From a virus: a stretch of DNA of 64,000 nt. The stretch spans positions 78,779 to 142,778 of the IMG/VR virus record IMGVR_UViG_3300026445_000027. One strand, 5' to 3'. Made by a program: the position numbers and the translations under genes. A model generated the notes under the pieces. The model was not told the DNA's origin. It saw nothing but the letters and a program-made list of their open reading frames with translations, and made no database searches. This document shows, piece after piece, positions 9,812 through 20,292 of this stretch (its first letter is position 1; each line of letters opens with the position of its first letter).

Positions 9812-11824
9812 TTACGACACCGCGTGTTGGAAGTAGGTCTCCAGCGGACTTGGTTGCCTGTCTTTAACCAGGAAGGTTTTGATGTTGGACAATACCCCTT
9901 GTTGGCCTTCCGCGATCATCAGACCGCCTGCGCCTCGGTTCTTGACACACACCATAAAGTTCTCAAAGTACTTAGGACCACTACCCAAGGCTAACTTATA
10001 CGACAAGTTAGCAGGGTCTTTACACAGCAACGATGCGAGCATAGACTCCGCATGTACGATGTTGATACCCTTGGTTTCTTGGTTGATCAGGGTCCAGAAT
10101 TCACCGAGTACCTCGCCAAAGATCTTCGGTGTAACTGGTTGTGACTTCCAGGCACTGTTACGTTTATTGAACGTCATGAAGTTCTCTACACGCCCACGGT
10201 GGGCATCCAGGGATTCACGAGTAAACGGCAGTACAAAGATTGCGTCTTCCCAGTTCCAGTCTTTGAGGTCCACTGCGATATGCTTCTTGTCCATGATCTC
10301 CCAGCCTTTCTCCAAGAGGTACTGGAGGAAGCCCAAAGAGAACCTGGATGTACGCGACGCTACCGAGGTTTGCGCCGAGTGCTGCTGAATGGTCTTACCA
10401 CCGACCATCACGTCTTCGATCTCATACTGGAAGGTTACGTCAGTCAAGTACGGAAGTTTATCCATACTGACCTCATCCAATACGTCCAGCGACCGTAGGT
10501 CAGACAGATCCCGTTGGATCGACGACTTCAGGATCAGACGAGTACCGTCAACACACATCTCTGGCTTCAAGAAGATCTCGTTGCCGTTCGAGGTAAAGAT
10601 CTGACGGTCACGTGCTGCCACATCAAAGCGACGGGTTACAGCGTTACGGATAAAGTGCTTGGTCGACAGCATTTTCTGACCAAGCGGGTTACAGATGGTA
10701 GTTGCAGCGAACATACCAATGTTGGCATCACGTCGCATCATTGCGTTGTAAGGGATCGAAGCTTTCATGGCTCCGTAGCACTTACCACACACCATACCGT
10801 CTTGACCGGCGTTACAGAATGCAATACTGCGGAATGCAACTGTCTCACCAGCCTTGATTTTCTTGACGGTCTTGTGGTCGATCAGCTCCAGTGTGCCGTC
10901 ATCCAACATCCGGTGCTTACCGAGCAACGCTACAGCCATCTCGGTTGTAGACACACGGATCTCTGCCAGGTCTTGCGACCCACAGTCATACGTGTGCAGG
11001 ATACCTTGCAGTACCGCTGTTGCCAGGTGAGTCTTACGGTGGAACCACTCGGAGTCTTTCAGGCCACGACCGTTAGAGATCAACGACATGCCCGAGGACT
11101 TACCGTCACCAAGCACGTCTACCTGGTTAGTGATGCCTTCCCCGTAGTTGGAGTAGATGACGTTAGGCAGGATGACGTTGGGTAGGTCAAATACCGCACC
11201 ACGTGCAATCGCCAGCTGATAAGCCTGGTTGATCGACACCCCACCGGTACGCGCCATCAGCGCCACGATATTTTCTTTCAGCGAGTCGTCGTTCCGTACG
11301 TAATGACTGAACAGTTCCTCGCCTTCGTCCACTGTTACTTCATTCGCGTGGACTTTCCGACGAATCTCACAAATACCTGGGTTAAGCATGAACTCATCAA
11401 CAGACTCTGCCGTCGCAGAGATAATCGACCGTTCCGACATCACGGTGATCATGTTGTTGAGCTTAGCTTGCCACGAGTGGATCAACCGCTTGATTGCATC
11501 CATCTCGAGTGGATCATCGATCAATGGACCGATAATACCCAGGATATGATCCAGAGGGATTTTCAACACCTTGTCATTATAGACAATGTTGCGGTGCTTC
11601 TCCTCACGAATCGACGGGATCAGTTCGTCGACTGTGTAAGGAATCTCTGGATACCGACGGTGGACGTTCATCCCTTGCCACGACAGCATCATTGCATATG
11701 CGTCGGACTTTACCGTTTTGCCATTGTCATCAGTTACATCGATAGCTTTACGGTGATTCCTGAAACGAAGTACATCCATCTCAGTAAGGTTGGCGAAATC
11801 CCGTAGATTAACATGCATTCCCAT
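9812..11824 (-). CDS. Non-virion RNA polymerase beta' C-terminal subunit (phiKZ gp74-like)
   Basis: DCGS, Zn motif CNAGQDGMVCGKCYG, trigger loop QKMLSTKH; synteny. Confidence 0.9.
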   Translation of the reverse strand: MGMHVNLRDFANLTEMDVLRFRNHRKAIDVTDDNGKTVKSDAYAMMLSWQGMNVHRRYPEIPYTVDELIPSIREEKHRNIVYNDKVLKIPLDHILGIIGPLIDDPLEMDAIKRLIHSWQAKLNNMITVMSERSIISATAESVDEFMLNPGICEIRRKVHANEVTVDEGEELFSHYVRNDDSLKENIVALMARTGGVSINQAYQLAIARGAVFDLPNVILPNVIYSNYGEGITNQVDVLGDGKSSGMSLISNGRGLKDSEWFHRKTHLATAVLQGILHTYDCGSQDLAEIRVSTTEMAVALLGKHRMLDDGTLELIDHKTVKKIKAGETVAFRSIAFCNAGQDGMVCGKCYGAMKASIPYNAMMRRDANIGMFAATTICNPLGQKMLSTKHFIRNAVTRRFDVAARDRQIFTSNGNEIFLKPEMCVDGTRLILKSSIQRDLSDLRSLDVLDEVSMDKLPYLTDVTFQYEIEDVMVGGKTIQQHSAQTSVASRTSRFSLGFLQYLLEKGWEIMDKKHIAVDLKDWNWEDAIFVLPFTRESLDAHRGRVENFMTFNKRNSAWKSQPVTPKIFGEVLGEFWTLINQETKGINIVHAESMLASLLCKDPANLSYKLALGSGPKYFENFMVCVKNRGAGGLMIAEGQQGVLSNIKTFLVKDRQPSPLETYFQHAVS

Positions 11825-11835
11825 ACGGGGGCTCC

Positions 11836-14043
11836 TTAAGTGTTAGGTTGTTCGTCGGCACGTTGGAGCATTTCTTCCAGTACCTGATCCTTGATCATGT
11901 TACTCGCATTAACGTCGAAGACATCCAGCGAACGGTCAGAAGCCAGTTCTTCACGCAGTGCATAACCAGAGTCAGACATCATACTCGCTGACATCTGTAC
12001 CGCCACGTTCATATCGTACTCATCCGGCTTGACGATGTAATCAATGTCAAACGGATCATCTGCCCGCAAGATACGACGGGTAGCACGAGTACGCAACTCC
12101 GGAGAGTTTGCCAACGCCAGGTTCTTGTTGATCTCTTGCGGACCAGACTGGCTGTTGGTCAGACGCGCTTCGGTTTCACCTTTGTTACGGTTCGGCTTGT
12201 TCTGCAGGATATCCGAATACTTGTGCATGTCATTCGGCTTAGTCGGCATACCGTAGATGTTCGACAACGGTAGAGACTGTGCAGACATATCAGTACCAAA
12301 CTTATCCAGCAACATGAAGTGCTGGTTGGTAATGAGTACCGGTTGGTCAGACATCACTTCCTCATTGAGTGAGTCTGTAAAGATAATGCGTTCTGGTTTG
12401 TAGCTATATACCTCGCGCAATGCGCGGATGATCGCTACGCCATACAGTTTAGTGTCGGATACTACTTCAACACTGATCTGTGTCTTGCAGACGTGGTCAA
12501 CGAACTCTTCGATGACCGCCGGGTCAATGATTGCATCCCGTACCAGGTCCCCGAACTCTGGGAAACCTGTGTCGAAGAACTCTTGCAGCTTGAGGAATGC
12601 TTCGCCGTAGTTACCAACTTTACGCAGCTTGATGACATCTTGCTGCAGGCGCATGCTGATAAAGTTGACCGACTGCTCCAGCAACATCGAGAAAATCTGA
12701 CGACGGAATGCTGGGATGTTGTTTACCACGATGTCGGCAATGGTCCCGTCTGCATAACGAGGCGCCATATGACGTGGGATGATCCGAACGATTACCCCTT
12801 TGTCACCGTTCATACCGGTCATCTTGAACTTGACACGACCTGGAACCATTTCACGCAAGGTGATGTTGATATTCCAGTCTTTCAGTTTAACGCGCTTGTA
12901 CCCACGGAACAGTGGGTTGATTTTACCCATGACACTACGGGTATAGTTGGCAAATGCAAAGCGCACGAAAGTGTCAAGTGTGTTGGACACCGGAATGTCT
13001 ACACCGGCGTTAGTCGACAGCTTATTATGGTACCAACGGATTACCGCGTTCCACATGTCGTTCTGACGGCGCTCATACCGATCCAACTGTTTGGTATGAG
13101 TCTGCTCGATGTAATCAGTAGACCGATTGTTACTACGGTCTTTCATACGCTCACTGATTACTTCTACCGCCATTACTTCCGAGTTAATCGGTGCGCGGAA
13201 CAGAACGTCGTGGTTAAGGTCTGGCGTACGCAGTGCCTTCTTGGTCAACGTGGTAAGTGCGGTCTTGCTATTGCGCTTACGGAAGCCCATCACGATGCCG
13301 TCAGGACGGATACGCTCACCAGACTCTGGCAGCACCTTCGGGTTCTCGTCAGTACCGTTCAACAGCAGCGGTACGTACTCGTCCTCATTATAACTGAAGC
13401 CACGAGTGTGCTTGAACATGCACTTGAGCTTTTCAGTTGCAGCCCAGTCGGTGATCGCAATACCGTCCTCCTCGTTGTAGTGGAAGCTACCAGCACAAAC
13501 CTTGAGGTTCATACCGAACATCCACTCACCGGTCTTACTGACCCGAGGTGACTGACCGAAAATAGTACCCTTGGCAAATCGTGCACCTTTCTCGATCCGT
13601 GCCATTACCGCTGGATCGTAAACGTACTCGAAGCCGATATAAGTGTTCTGTGTGTTGTACTTAGGCAACTCCAGAATGTCATAAGCGTTAAGCTCATCGT
13701 TCTTAAACAGCAACCACATCGAACTCCACTTGTCAGTGATCTCCCCACCTGGGTTAGGACTATGTACGTAGAAAACTTCTTCTACGATCATGTTAGATGG
13801 CGCTTCAATGCGACGAGCGCCTTCCGAGTAATTGTACTCAGCCCCCGAAATCAGTGCGCGCTCACTACGACCGTTGGTATCCACCGACTTCGGAATCATG
13901 TTACCGACCATGTACATACGAGTCGGAGAAGATACCCACGGGAACACTACCAGGTTAATACCAACCCCTTGTAACTCGGGGATCATTTCGTTTTCACGCC
14001 AAAGGTATTGATACTTAGCCTGGCTTAGATCTATCTTACCCAT
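11836..14043 (-). CDS. Non-virion RNA polymerase beta C-terminal subunit (phiKZ gp71-73-like), uninterrupted
   Basis: YNEEDG, KMTGMNGDKGVI, DIVVN and GETE beta motifs. Confidence 0.92.
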   Translation of the reverse strand: MGKIDLSQAKYQYLWRENEMIPELQGVGINLVVFPWVSSPTRMYMVGNMIPKSVDTNGRSERALISGAEYNYSEGARRIEAPSNMIVEEVFYVHSPNPGGEITDKWSSMWLLFKNDELNAYDILELPKYNTQNTYIGFEYVYDPAVMARIEKGARFAKGTIFGQSPRVSKTGEWMFGMNLKVCAGSFHYNEEDGIAITDWAATEKLKCMFKHTRGFSYNEDEYVPLLLNGTDENPKVLPESGERIRPDGIVMGFRKRNSKTALTTLTKKALRTPDLNHDVLFRAPINSEVMAVEVISERMKDRSNNRSTDYIEQTHTKQLDRYERRQNDMWNAVIRWYHNKLSTNAGVDIPVSNTLDTFVRFAFANYTRSVMGKINPLFRGYKRVKLKDWNINITLREMVPGRVKFKMTGMNGDKGVIVRIIPRHMAPRYADGTIADIVVNNIPAFRRQIFSMLLEQSVNFISMRLQQDVIKLRKVGNYGEAFLKLQEFFDTGFPEFGDLVRDAIIDPAVIEEFVDHVCKTQISVEVVSDTKLYGVAIIRALREVYSYKPERIIFTDSLNEEVMSDQPVLITNQHFMLLDKFGTDMSAQSLPLSNIYGMPTKPNDMHKYSDILQNKPNRNKGETEARLTNSQSGPQEINKNLALANSPELRTRATRRILRADDPFDIDYIVKPDEYDMNVAVQMSASMMSDSGYALREELASDRSLDVFDVNASNMIKDQVLEEMLQRADEQPNT

Positions 14044-14080
14044 CAGTTTACTCCAATTACTATTACCATCTACATTCAGA

Positions 14081-14098
14081 TGATATAGGTTCGAGATT
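14081..14098 (-). promoter_or_regulatory. Phage early-type promoter
   Basis: Minus strand ATCTCGAACCTATATCA matches the repeated TTTcaa-CCTATATTAC motif (phiKZ early consensus core TATATTAC). Confidence 0.6.
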
Positions 14099-14131
14099 AT
14101 TTATCACCCCTTCGCACAAGAGGTATGTTCC

Positions 14132-14461
14132 ATGCCCATTGGTGGTCTTAACGTTAACGCAACCAAGGATATCTTTTACACCGACAGATACAAAATCATG
14201 GTGCGTTCCTTGAAAGAAGTCTTGCTAAAACAAGCACAGGCTTTACCAATCCCCAACCCGAATGATCGTTATGCATATCGGTATGACTTTTATCGACTGC
14301 TACGTGAACTCGGGGTTGAATCCCATCTGCATTGGACCGTCGCGTTCCTAAACGACGTGACCGACCCATTTGCTGATAATAGTAAAAAGATAGAAATACT
14401 GAACATCAATGAATCAGTAATTCTCTCCGCAATATCCCGAAGTAATACGCGTCGAGGTTAA
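14132..14461 (+). CDS. Small protein, possibly T4 gp53-like baseplate wedge protein
   Basis: 109 aa; GAGGT RBS; LHWTVAFLND motif resembles gp53/LysM-like wedge proteins. Confidence 0.5.
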   Translation: MPIGGLNVNATKDIFYTDRYKIMVRSLKEVLLKQAQALPIPNPNDRYAYRYDFYRLLRELGVESHLHWTVAFLNDVTDPFADNSKKIEILNINESVILSAISRSNTRRG

Positions 14462-14475
14462 AAAATAACTGTAAG

Positions 14476-14507
14476 CTAGTACCTCCGGCGTTAGCCGGAG
14501 GTACTAG
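14476..14507. terminator. Hairpin between convergent genes
   Basis: CTAGTACCTCCGGC-gtta-GCCGGAGGTACTAG. Confidence 0.75.
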
Positions 14508-14520
14508 TATTACGGGGCTT

Positions 14521-16008
14521 TTACCAGGTGAAGTTAGCGTTGTTGTTATCTACGACAACGCTCGACTGACCGGCAGTTGTTGCTACAGTTGGAACCTGGA
14601 TACCAGACATTGCTGCCAGCGCCGGGTTCATCTGCATCATGGCCAGCATAGCTGGGTTCATCATTGCAGACATCGGGTTACCCAGTGCTGCCAACGCGCC
14701 CATGCCTGGAGTAGGCATGCCCGGAATACCGCCCGGGAAGGCACCTTGGTTTTCCACACGCTGCAAGAACGTACCAGACTTGGTGCAGTAGTAGATCACT
14801 GCTGCGTTGGTCAGGGTGTTGATTGCATGGTGGATCACTTGGTTGGAACCGAAGTCGATCTCGTATTTCAGCCAACGGTCACCACTCGCCATTGGTGGCG
14901 GAGTTACGTTGAATCCAGCGAGCACAGTACCAGCCATTGGCTGAGCGATCTGCGATTGCTGGATCAGCTGCGCTTGTTGGTTTTGTGGCAGTACCGCTAC
15001 CTGTTGACCAGCACCAGAAGAGTTCACCGACAGAATACCACCGAGAGCACCCAGGTTCGAGTTAGCAGCAGACTCGTCTTGGGTGTTGTTGGTGTTGTAA
15101 TCCATCGCCGGTACTTGTCGATAGATGTCAGGCAGCTCTTCCAGTTGTTCGGTCCAGCTGAGATCGATCGCGTAGATGCCGAGCTTGTTGAAGTCCGCGC
15201 GGAACAAGTTCTGGATGCGGTTCATCTGTTCGGCTACTTGCTCGTAGCAACCACAGAAGGCAATCAGACGCGAAGCTACCGAAGTAGTGGACTCGCTGCT
15301 GATGCTATCAGGATCTACCACACCAGGGATGATCGAACGGAACAGATGCGCCATCAGCTTGAGCGCTGCACGCGAGATCGAACGACCATTGAGCTCTACA
15401 GACTGGTTATCGGATTCACCTTCCGACTGTGCCAGACGCTTGACGATCTCGTTGTAGATCGGGAACGACGGTTTGGCCTTGTAGTACACGCGCTCGCCGC
15501 TACCGCTGGACGACCGACCCTGAGCACGCGACACCTTGATGTGGATGAAACGGTTGTCGTGGCCCTTGTCATCAACTTCCACCTGGAAGCGTTCCATCAG
15601 ATCCTTGATCTCTTGGATCACGGTCTTCTTGACACCGCGCAGTGGCTCGATGATATCCAGGGTGTTCTGTTTCCAGCTGGATTTCTCTTTACCAGTACCA
15701 GCGACACCCAACAGTACGATCGGGTATTTCTTGAACAGTTCCAGCAGGTGGATCACTGCCATACGACGAATGATCTTGAAGACTTCAGTCTCCTTGCTGA
15801 CGATGTTCTCACACGCTGGGTGGAAGAACACTTTGTCCATGGTGTCCTTGGAGTCCAGGACTTCCGACACCGGCAGGTAAACGGACATGTCATCGATCTT
15901 AACGTCGATTTCCTTATCACCCAGCTTAAGCACAATACGACTGTCAGGCTTGATGACACAGCCCCACGAGCACAGCATTGCTTTATACAGTTTGTTCAGA
16001 TCGTTCAT
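14521..16008 (-). CDS. Conserved core protein (phiKZ gp70-like) with low-complexity C-terminus
   Basis: 495 aa; FFHPACEN motif; lies between the PicA-like gene and nvRNAP beta. Confidence 0.65.
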   Translation of the reverse strand: MNDLNKLYKAMLCSWGCVIKPDSRIVLKLGDKEIDVKIDDMSVYLPVSEVLDSKDTMDKVFFHPACENIVSKETEVFKIIRRMAVIHLLELFKKYPIVLLGVAGTGKEKSSWKQNTLDIIEPLRGVKKTVIQEIKDLMERFQVEVDDKGHDNRFIHIKVSRAQGRSSSGSGERVYYKAKPSFPIYNEIVKRLAQSEGESDNQSVELNGRSISRAALKLMAHLFRSIIPGVVDPDSISSESTTSVASRLIAFCGCYEQVAEQMNRIQNLFRADFNKLGIYAIDLSWTEQLEELPDIYRQVPAMDYNTNNTQDESAANSNLGALGGILSVNSSGAGQQVAVLPQNQQAQLIQQSQIAQPMAGTVLAGFNVTPPPMASGDRWLKYEIDFGSNQVIHHAINTLTNAAVIYYCTKSGTFLQRVENQGAFPGGIPGMPTPGMGALAALGNPMSAMMNPAMLAMMQMNPALAAMSGIQVPTVATTAGQSSVVVDNNNANFTW

Positions 16009-16021
16009 ATTGGTCTCTCGC

Positions 16022-17467
16022 TTACTTCTGCTCGATGAAGTATTCGCGCAGGTTATTCAGGAAATTGACGGACTCGGTTACACCGTTTTCGTTACTGGCG
16101 ATGTTGGTGCTGGTACGAGCCAAGTAATACGTAGCATTCACGTAGCGCTCTTTAGCTTCGGTTTCACCATTGAAGTACACTTCGACGGAGGTTTCACCGA
16201 ACAGCGAGCAGTTAACTACGATGTTAACCACGGTGCACAGGTGTGCGTAGGCGTTGTTGTACTTGGTGTAGAACTTGTCTTTGAACAGCTGCTTGAAGCG
16301 TTCCAGACGGTTGATAGAGTTCTGATCTTGGTCGGTGATAGACATCCACTCACCAACTACCATTTCCACACCACCGTTGTCACTGAGCCCGCCGAACTCG
16401 TGTACGTTGTTGGATGCTGCAAACACGATGTGAGTCAGACCAGTACGGATCAACAGGTCGGTAGTCAGCATAGCGATCTCTTGTGCCGTGGTTTCGACCA
16501 TATTGGACGCACCATAAGCACTGGAGTTAGCTATCTCATCACGCATCGGGAACCGCGCTTCGTCCAGCATGCTCAAGTCGAGCACGTCCGGCAGGGCAGG
16601 GAACACGTCACAGATCTCACCCAAGGTATAACCCTGGAAACCATTCCAGCTGTAATGGCCAGCACCAATTGCCATTGCCTTGAAGAACGGGTTCTGCGAG
16701 ATAATCGTTTCCTTCATGCTGCTGCTGTACAGGCTACCAGCAACCGAGTCCTGCAACGACATGTTGAAGTCTTGGTCATGCAGCACGTTACCAGCAATTT
16801 TCAGCAACTGCTTGGCATGGAACGTGGAGTCCAGGTTCTGCGTCTTGGATACCAGGGTATGCTTGCCGAGGCTAGCGCCAACGTTACCGTGGTAGTGATC
16901 CTGACGGTTCTCCTGCTCAGTGGACATGTAACCCAATACTTCGTTGGCCATGTCCTCAGGACGTACGGCGCGGAGCTGACGCTGTTGAGTAGGGTCACCC
17001 AACAGGAACTGGTCAGAAGCACTTACTGCTTGCTTGACCATCGGCATGCCGTCGTACAGATTGGTGATCGACTCTTTGGCTACAGTGTAGCTACGGATTG
17101 GTACCAGCATAGTAGCTGGGTCAATACCACCATCTTCCATCAGACCGCCGCCTGCGCAGTAGAAGAGTACGGTCAGTTCCTCCTCTTTCAGCGCGTCCAT
17201 CATTACCGAGAACTTGAGCATCGCCAGACCACAACGTTGGTTGTAAGTCTCTTCGATGTTTACCTGACCGCGTGGGTTGACAGTGAGACCACCAGACTGA
17301 CCGGCGATGTTGTTGAGCATGGACTCGACGATACCGCCTTGTGCTGTGGCCATCAGCATTTGGTCGATGTTTTGCGATTCCAGGTTAAGCTTATTGTGGC
17401 GGTGTACGTGCGGATGCACCGGGTTGCCCATGCCGATACGCGCCATGGTCATCATAATGTCTGCCAT
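16022..17467 (-). CDS. picA: Probable phage-nucleus protein import factor PicA/Imp1 (phiKZ gp69-like)
   Basis: 481 aa; directly downstream of the gp68-like gene in the conserved block. Assignment by synteny and size. Confidence 0.6.
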   Translation of the reverse strand: MADIMMTMARIGMGNPVHPHVHRHNKLNLESQNIDQMLMATAQGGIVESMLNNIAGQSGGLTVNPRGQVNIEETYNQRCGLAMLKFSVMMDALKEEELTVLFYCAGGGLMEDGGIDPATMLVPIRSYTVAKESITNLYDGMPMVKQAVSASDQFLLGDPTQQRQLRAVRPEDMANEVLGYMSTEQENRQDHYHGNVGASLGKHTLVSKTQNLDSTFHAKQLLKIAGNVLHDQDFNMSLQDSVAGSLYSSSMKETIISQNPFFKAMAIGAGHYSWNGFQGYTLGEICDVFPALPDVLDLSMLDEARFPMRDEIANSSAYGASNMVETTAQEIAMLTTDLLIRTGLTHIVFAASNNVHEFGGLSDNGGVEMVVGEWMSITDQDQNSINRLERFKQLFKDKFYTKYNNAYAHLCTVVNIVVNCSLFGETSVEVYFNGETEAKERYVNATYYLARTSTNIASNENGVTESVNFLNNLREYFIEQK

Positions 17468-17489
17468 TTCTAACCCCTTACTACTTTAA

Positions 17490-19046
17490 TTAACTATTTA
17501 CTTGTTTGACCAGAGCCATGAATTCATTCCGGATATCGTTCTCGATATCGATTGGGAACAAATCACCAGCGGAGACTCGATCGTAGATTACCAGGTCATC
17601 CAGTACCCCGTACTCGAGGTTGGACTGCCAGGTGCCATTACCAAACTGAGTAAGGAAGTCATCTGCGGCTAACAGTGCTTCATTATAACCTCGGTTCTCA
17701 CTATTGCGTGACTGTACGTCACAAATCGATGCCAAATAGTTCTTGTCATCGTCGCTCAGCTTAAGCCCCTCGGCCAAACTGCGCACGCCATTCGGATCGT
17801 GGATTGCACCCAAGACCGATGGTAGGTACTTATATCCTTGTTCGCTCAGTTTAACTTGAGCGAGGGCGATAGCGGCCATCAACTGTGTATAGTTACAAGC
17901 TTCCCAGATGAACGAACTAACTACGTTCATATAAACCAGTTCCAGCAGTCGCAGGATATGGTTGTGGGTATCGAAGTCCCAGTTGATCGGCAGGTTGTCA
18001 TAAACCTTCTCGACTAACTGTTCGTTCTTGATCTCCAATGCAATGCACTGGTATTTGAACCGATCTTTGTAACGTGGTGCATCGGTTTCGTCGAACAAGC
18101 CAAAGCTAAAGAACTCTGCTTCGGATTCCTGGTCGGACTCTTTGACGTCTTCGGTGATACCGTATTTGTCAAAGTTAGAACGCTTGTCTTCCTCGTCTAC
18201 TCCTGGACGGTCTTCCTTGGGTTTGAATGTGGCGCTGGTCTCATGCTGCTTAACCGCACCGTTGATACTGTTGGCGATGTTCTTGTCGTATTCGGTTTCA
18301 GGGATTACCGCACAGCACAGTCGATTGAAGATTGCGCTATACAGTACCTTGTCGATGAAAGTGTCGCCACTACCACCGCCGTCGATCTGCGTAGGTACGT
18401 CACGCTTGTTGAACGAGAACTGGAAGTAACTGTTGAGTTTCTCCCAACCAGGCATTTGTGTGATCTGCAAGTTGTCCTTGAGCAACTCGCCTGCTACGAT
18501 CTCACTGAACCCTGCGCCCATCCGGCCTTCGAAGCGTTGCAGCACACCAAAGATGATCGGATATACACAACGTACTACGAACAGGAATTTCACCATGTTG
18601 ACGTAGTCGATGTCAGTGATCGTCGTCTGAGCTGGGTAATCACCCTTGCTAGCTGCCTCACTCAGGTTCTTTGGAATCTTGAGGTACTTGGAGTTCTCGA
18701 TGAACGCGCAGTACTTCTTGATATTGATCAGATCCCACACACCGTCACAGATTGGCTTGAGCCTGGCGATCTCGGTATTGTAGTCGAGGAACTTGCCGTG
18801 CTCTACGATTGAGTGCGCCCGATCGAAAAGTTTGAACAATTCGATTTTCTGTTCAGTGGTCAGTACCGCATCAACGTACTCGTTCATGCAACTGAACAAA
18901 TTGTTCTCGACGTCAGACTTGTCCTTGAGTACTTTCTCCAACTGTACCTTAGCACGTCCATGGAACTTTAACGTTTGTTCATTAAGAGATACTTCGATCG
19001 CCTTAATGCCCTTTTTACCCGTACGCTTGATGTCAATAGAGAACAT
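17490..19046 (-). CDS. nvRNAP promoter-specificity subunit (phiKZ gp68-like)
   Basis: About 518 aa (ATG 19046); synteny and size; early promoter motif directly upstream. Confidence 0.7.
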   Translation of the reverse strand: MFSIDIKRTGKKGIKAIEVSLNEQTLKFHGRAKVQLEKVLKDKSDVENNLFSCMNEYVDAVLTTEQKIELFKLFDRAHSIVEHGKFLDYNTEIARLKPICDGVWDLINIKKYCAFIENSKYLKIPKNLSEAASKGDYPAQTTITDIDYVNMVKFLFVVRCVYPIIFGVLQRFEGRMGAGFSEIVAGELLKDNLQITQMPGWEKLNSYFQFSFNKRDVPTQIDGGGSGDTFIDKVLYSAIFNRLCCAVIPETEYDKNIANSINGAVKQHETSATFKPKEDRPGVDEEDKRSNFDKYGITEDVKESDQESEAEFFSFGLFDETDAPRYKDRFKYQCIALEIKNEQLVEKVYDNLPINWDFDTHNHILRLLELVYMNVVSSFIWEACNYTQLMAAIALAQVKLSEQGYKYLPSVLGAIHDPNGVRSLAEGLKLSDDDKNYLASICDVQSRNSENRGYNEALLAADDFLTQFGNGTWQSNLEYGVLDDLVIYDRVSAGDLFPIDIENDIRNEFMALVKQVNS

Positions 19047-19076
19047 ATTTTTAATACCTTGGCTACTCACTACCCT

Positions 19077-19095
19077 GATAATTTAGGTCTGAAAT
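19077..19095 (-). promoter_or_regulatory. Phage early-type promoter
   Basis: Minus strand ATTTCAGACCTAAATTATC. Confidence 0.55.
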
Positions 19096-19116
19096 TATCT
19101 TAGACAGCTATAATTT

Positions 19117-19147
19117 AAACCTAGGAGGGGATCACCCTCCTAGGTTT
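19117..19147. terminator. Intergenic hairpin
   Basis: AAACCTAGGAGGG-gatca-CCCTCCTAGGTTT. Confidence 0.7.
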
Positions 19148-19173
19148 TGTAGTCCATTACAGTTAATCAGTCC

Positions 19174-19935
19174 TTAGAACGGAATGTCATCTTCGAAGTC
19201 GTCGAAGTTGCTGTTCGACTGGTTCGGGTTACCGCCGCCATTGCCACCCTGTTGAGTGCCCTGACGGTAGCCACCACCACCACCGCTACCGCCGCCGTTG
19301 AAGTCACCCTTCGGCTTCGGTGGCTCCCAACCATCACGTTCCATGCGGTCCAGGACTTCCTTGTGGAAGTTGACCCACGAACGGGTGTACATGCGCGACA
19401 TGAAGCCGCTATCTTCCACGATCTCGCCGGCGTCGTTGCGTACCATGACCACCGAGGAGTTCGGGCCTTTGAAGCGGGTCTTGACTTTGTAGTCGCCTTT
19501 GGTGTAGACCAGGTTGATCACACCTTTCTCGTCACGCGAGATCGAGAACATGACCTTGGTGATCGGTTGTTCCGACAGACGCGACTGACCGCCGACACGA
19601 ACGAAGTCGTGCTTCTTAACGTAGAACTGACGAGCCGGGAACTCGATCGACATGTTCGAAGCTTCCAGCAGAGCTTCGAAGAGAATGTTGCGGTCGTAGC
19701 CGGACATCTCCACTTCTTTGTGCGGAGATTTCGCACCTTCTTTGAAAATGCCGTCGGAGATCTTCAGAACGATCTTGCCGGCGTTGGTAACTTCCCACAT
19801 GAACTGTGCAGGGTACTTGCCACCTTCCAGCGGTGCATCCGTTGCAGGGTGAGGCTGACGCCAGTCGTTCAGGAAGCTCTTCTTGCGAGGAGTGCCTTGT
19901 GGACGACCGCCATTGTTGTTTTGCTGGTAGCTCAT
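19174..19935 (-). CDS. chmC: Nucleus-associated ss-nucleic-acid binding protein (ChmC / phiKZ gp67-like)
   Basis: 253 aa; disordered N/Q/G-rich termini; SSB-like acidic tail DDFEDDIPF; directly upstream of the gp68-like gene. Confidence 0.6.
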   Translation of the reverse strand: MSYQQNNNGGRPQGTPRKKSFLNDWRQPHPATDAPLEGGKYPAQFMWEVTNAGKIVLKISDGIFKEGAKSPHKEVEMSGYDRNILFEALLEASNMSIEFPARQFYVKKHDFVRVGGQSRLSEQPITKVMFSISRDEKGVINLVYTKGDYKVKTRFKGPNSSVVMVRNDAGEIVEDSGFMSRMYTRSWVNFHKEVLDRMERDGWEPPKPKGDFNGGGSGGGGGYRQGTQQGGNGGGNPNQSNSNFDDFEDDIPF

Positions 19936-19998
19936 TATTAAATCCTTGAAAAAATGGATACGCCTGGTATAGATTGGATCTACGGTGAGATTACATTG

Positions 19999-20283
19999 CT
20001 ACTTAGCTTTGTACTCAGGCATGGGTTTACCGGTGAAGTGGTTCTCAATGGCTTCTTCCAACCACTGTCTATGTCCAGACTCACCGTGTGCGATTTTGCT
20101 AAACAATTCGGGGATCAGTTTGATCACCTCTGCGGCCAGCCGGAAATCCCCAGTGGGGATGTCATGACCTTCAGCCGTATTGGTCATATCTTCCAAACCC
20201 ACACCTAACGCGTGTAGCTTCTCTTTAAGAGTTGCGTTATCTGCCGGTGGGTACAGGCACTTGCCTTGGAAGTCAAGAGTCAT
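19999..20283 (-). CDS. Hypothetical protein
   Basis: 94 aa; AGGAG RBS. Confidence 0.65.
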   Translation of the reverse strand: MTLDFQGKCLYPPADNATLKEKLHALGVGLEDMTNTAEGHDIPTGDFRLAAEVIKLIPELFSKIAHGESGHRQWLEEAIENHFTGKPMPEYKAK

Positions 20284-20292
20284 AAAGGCTCC

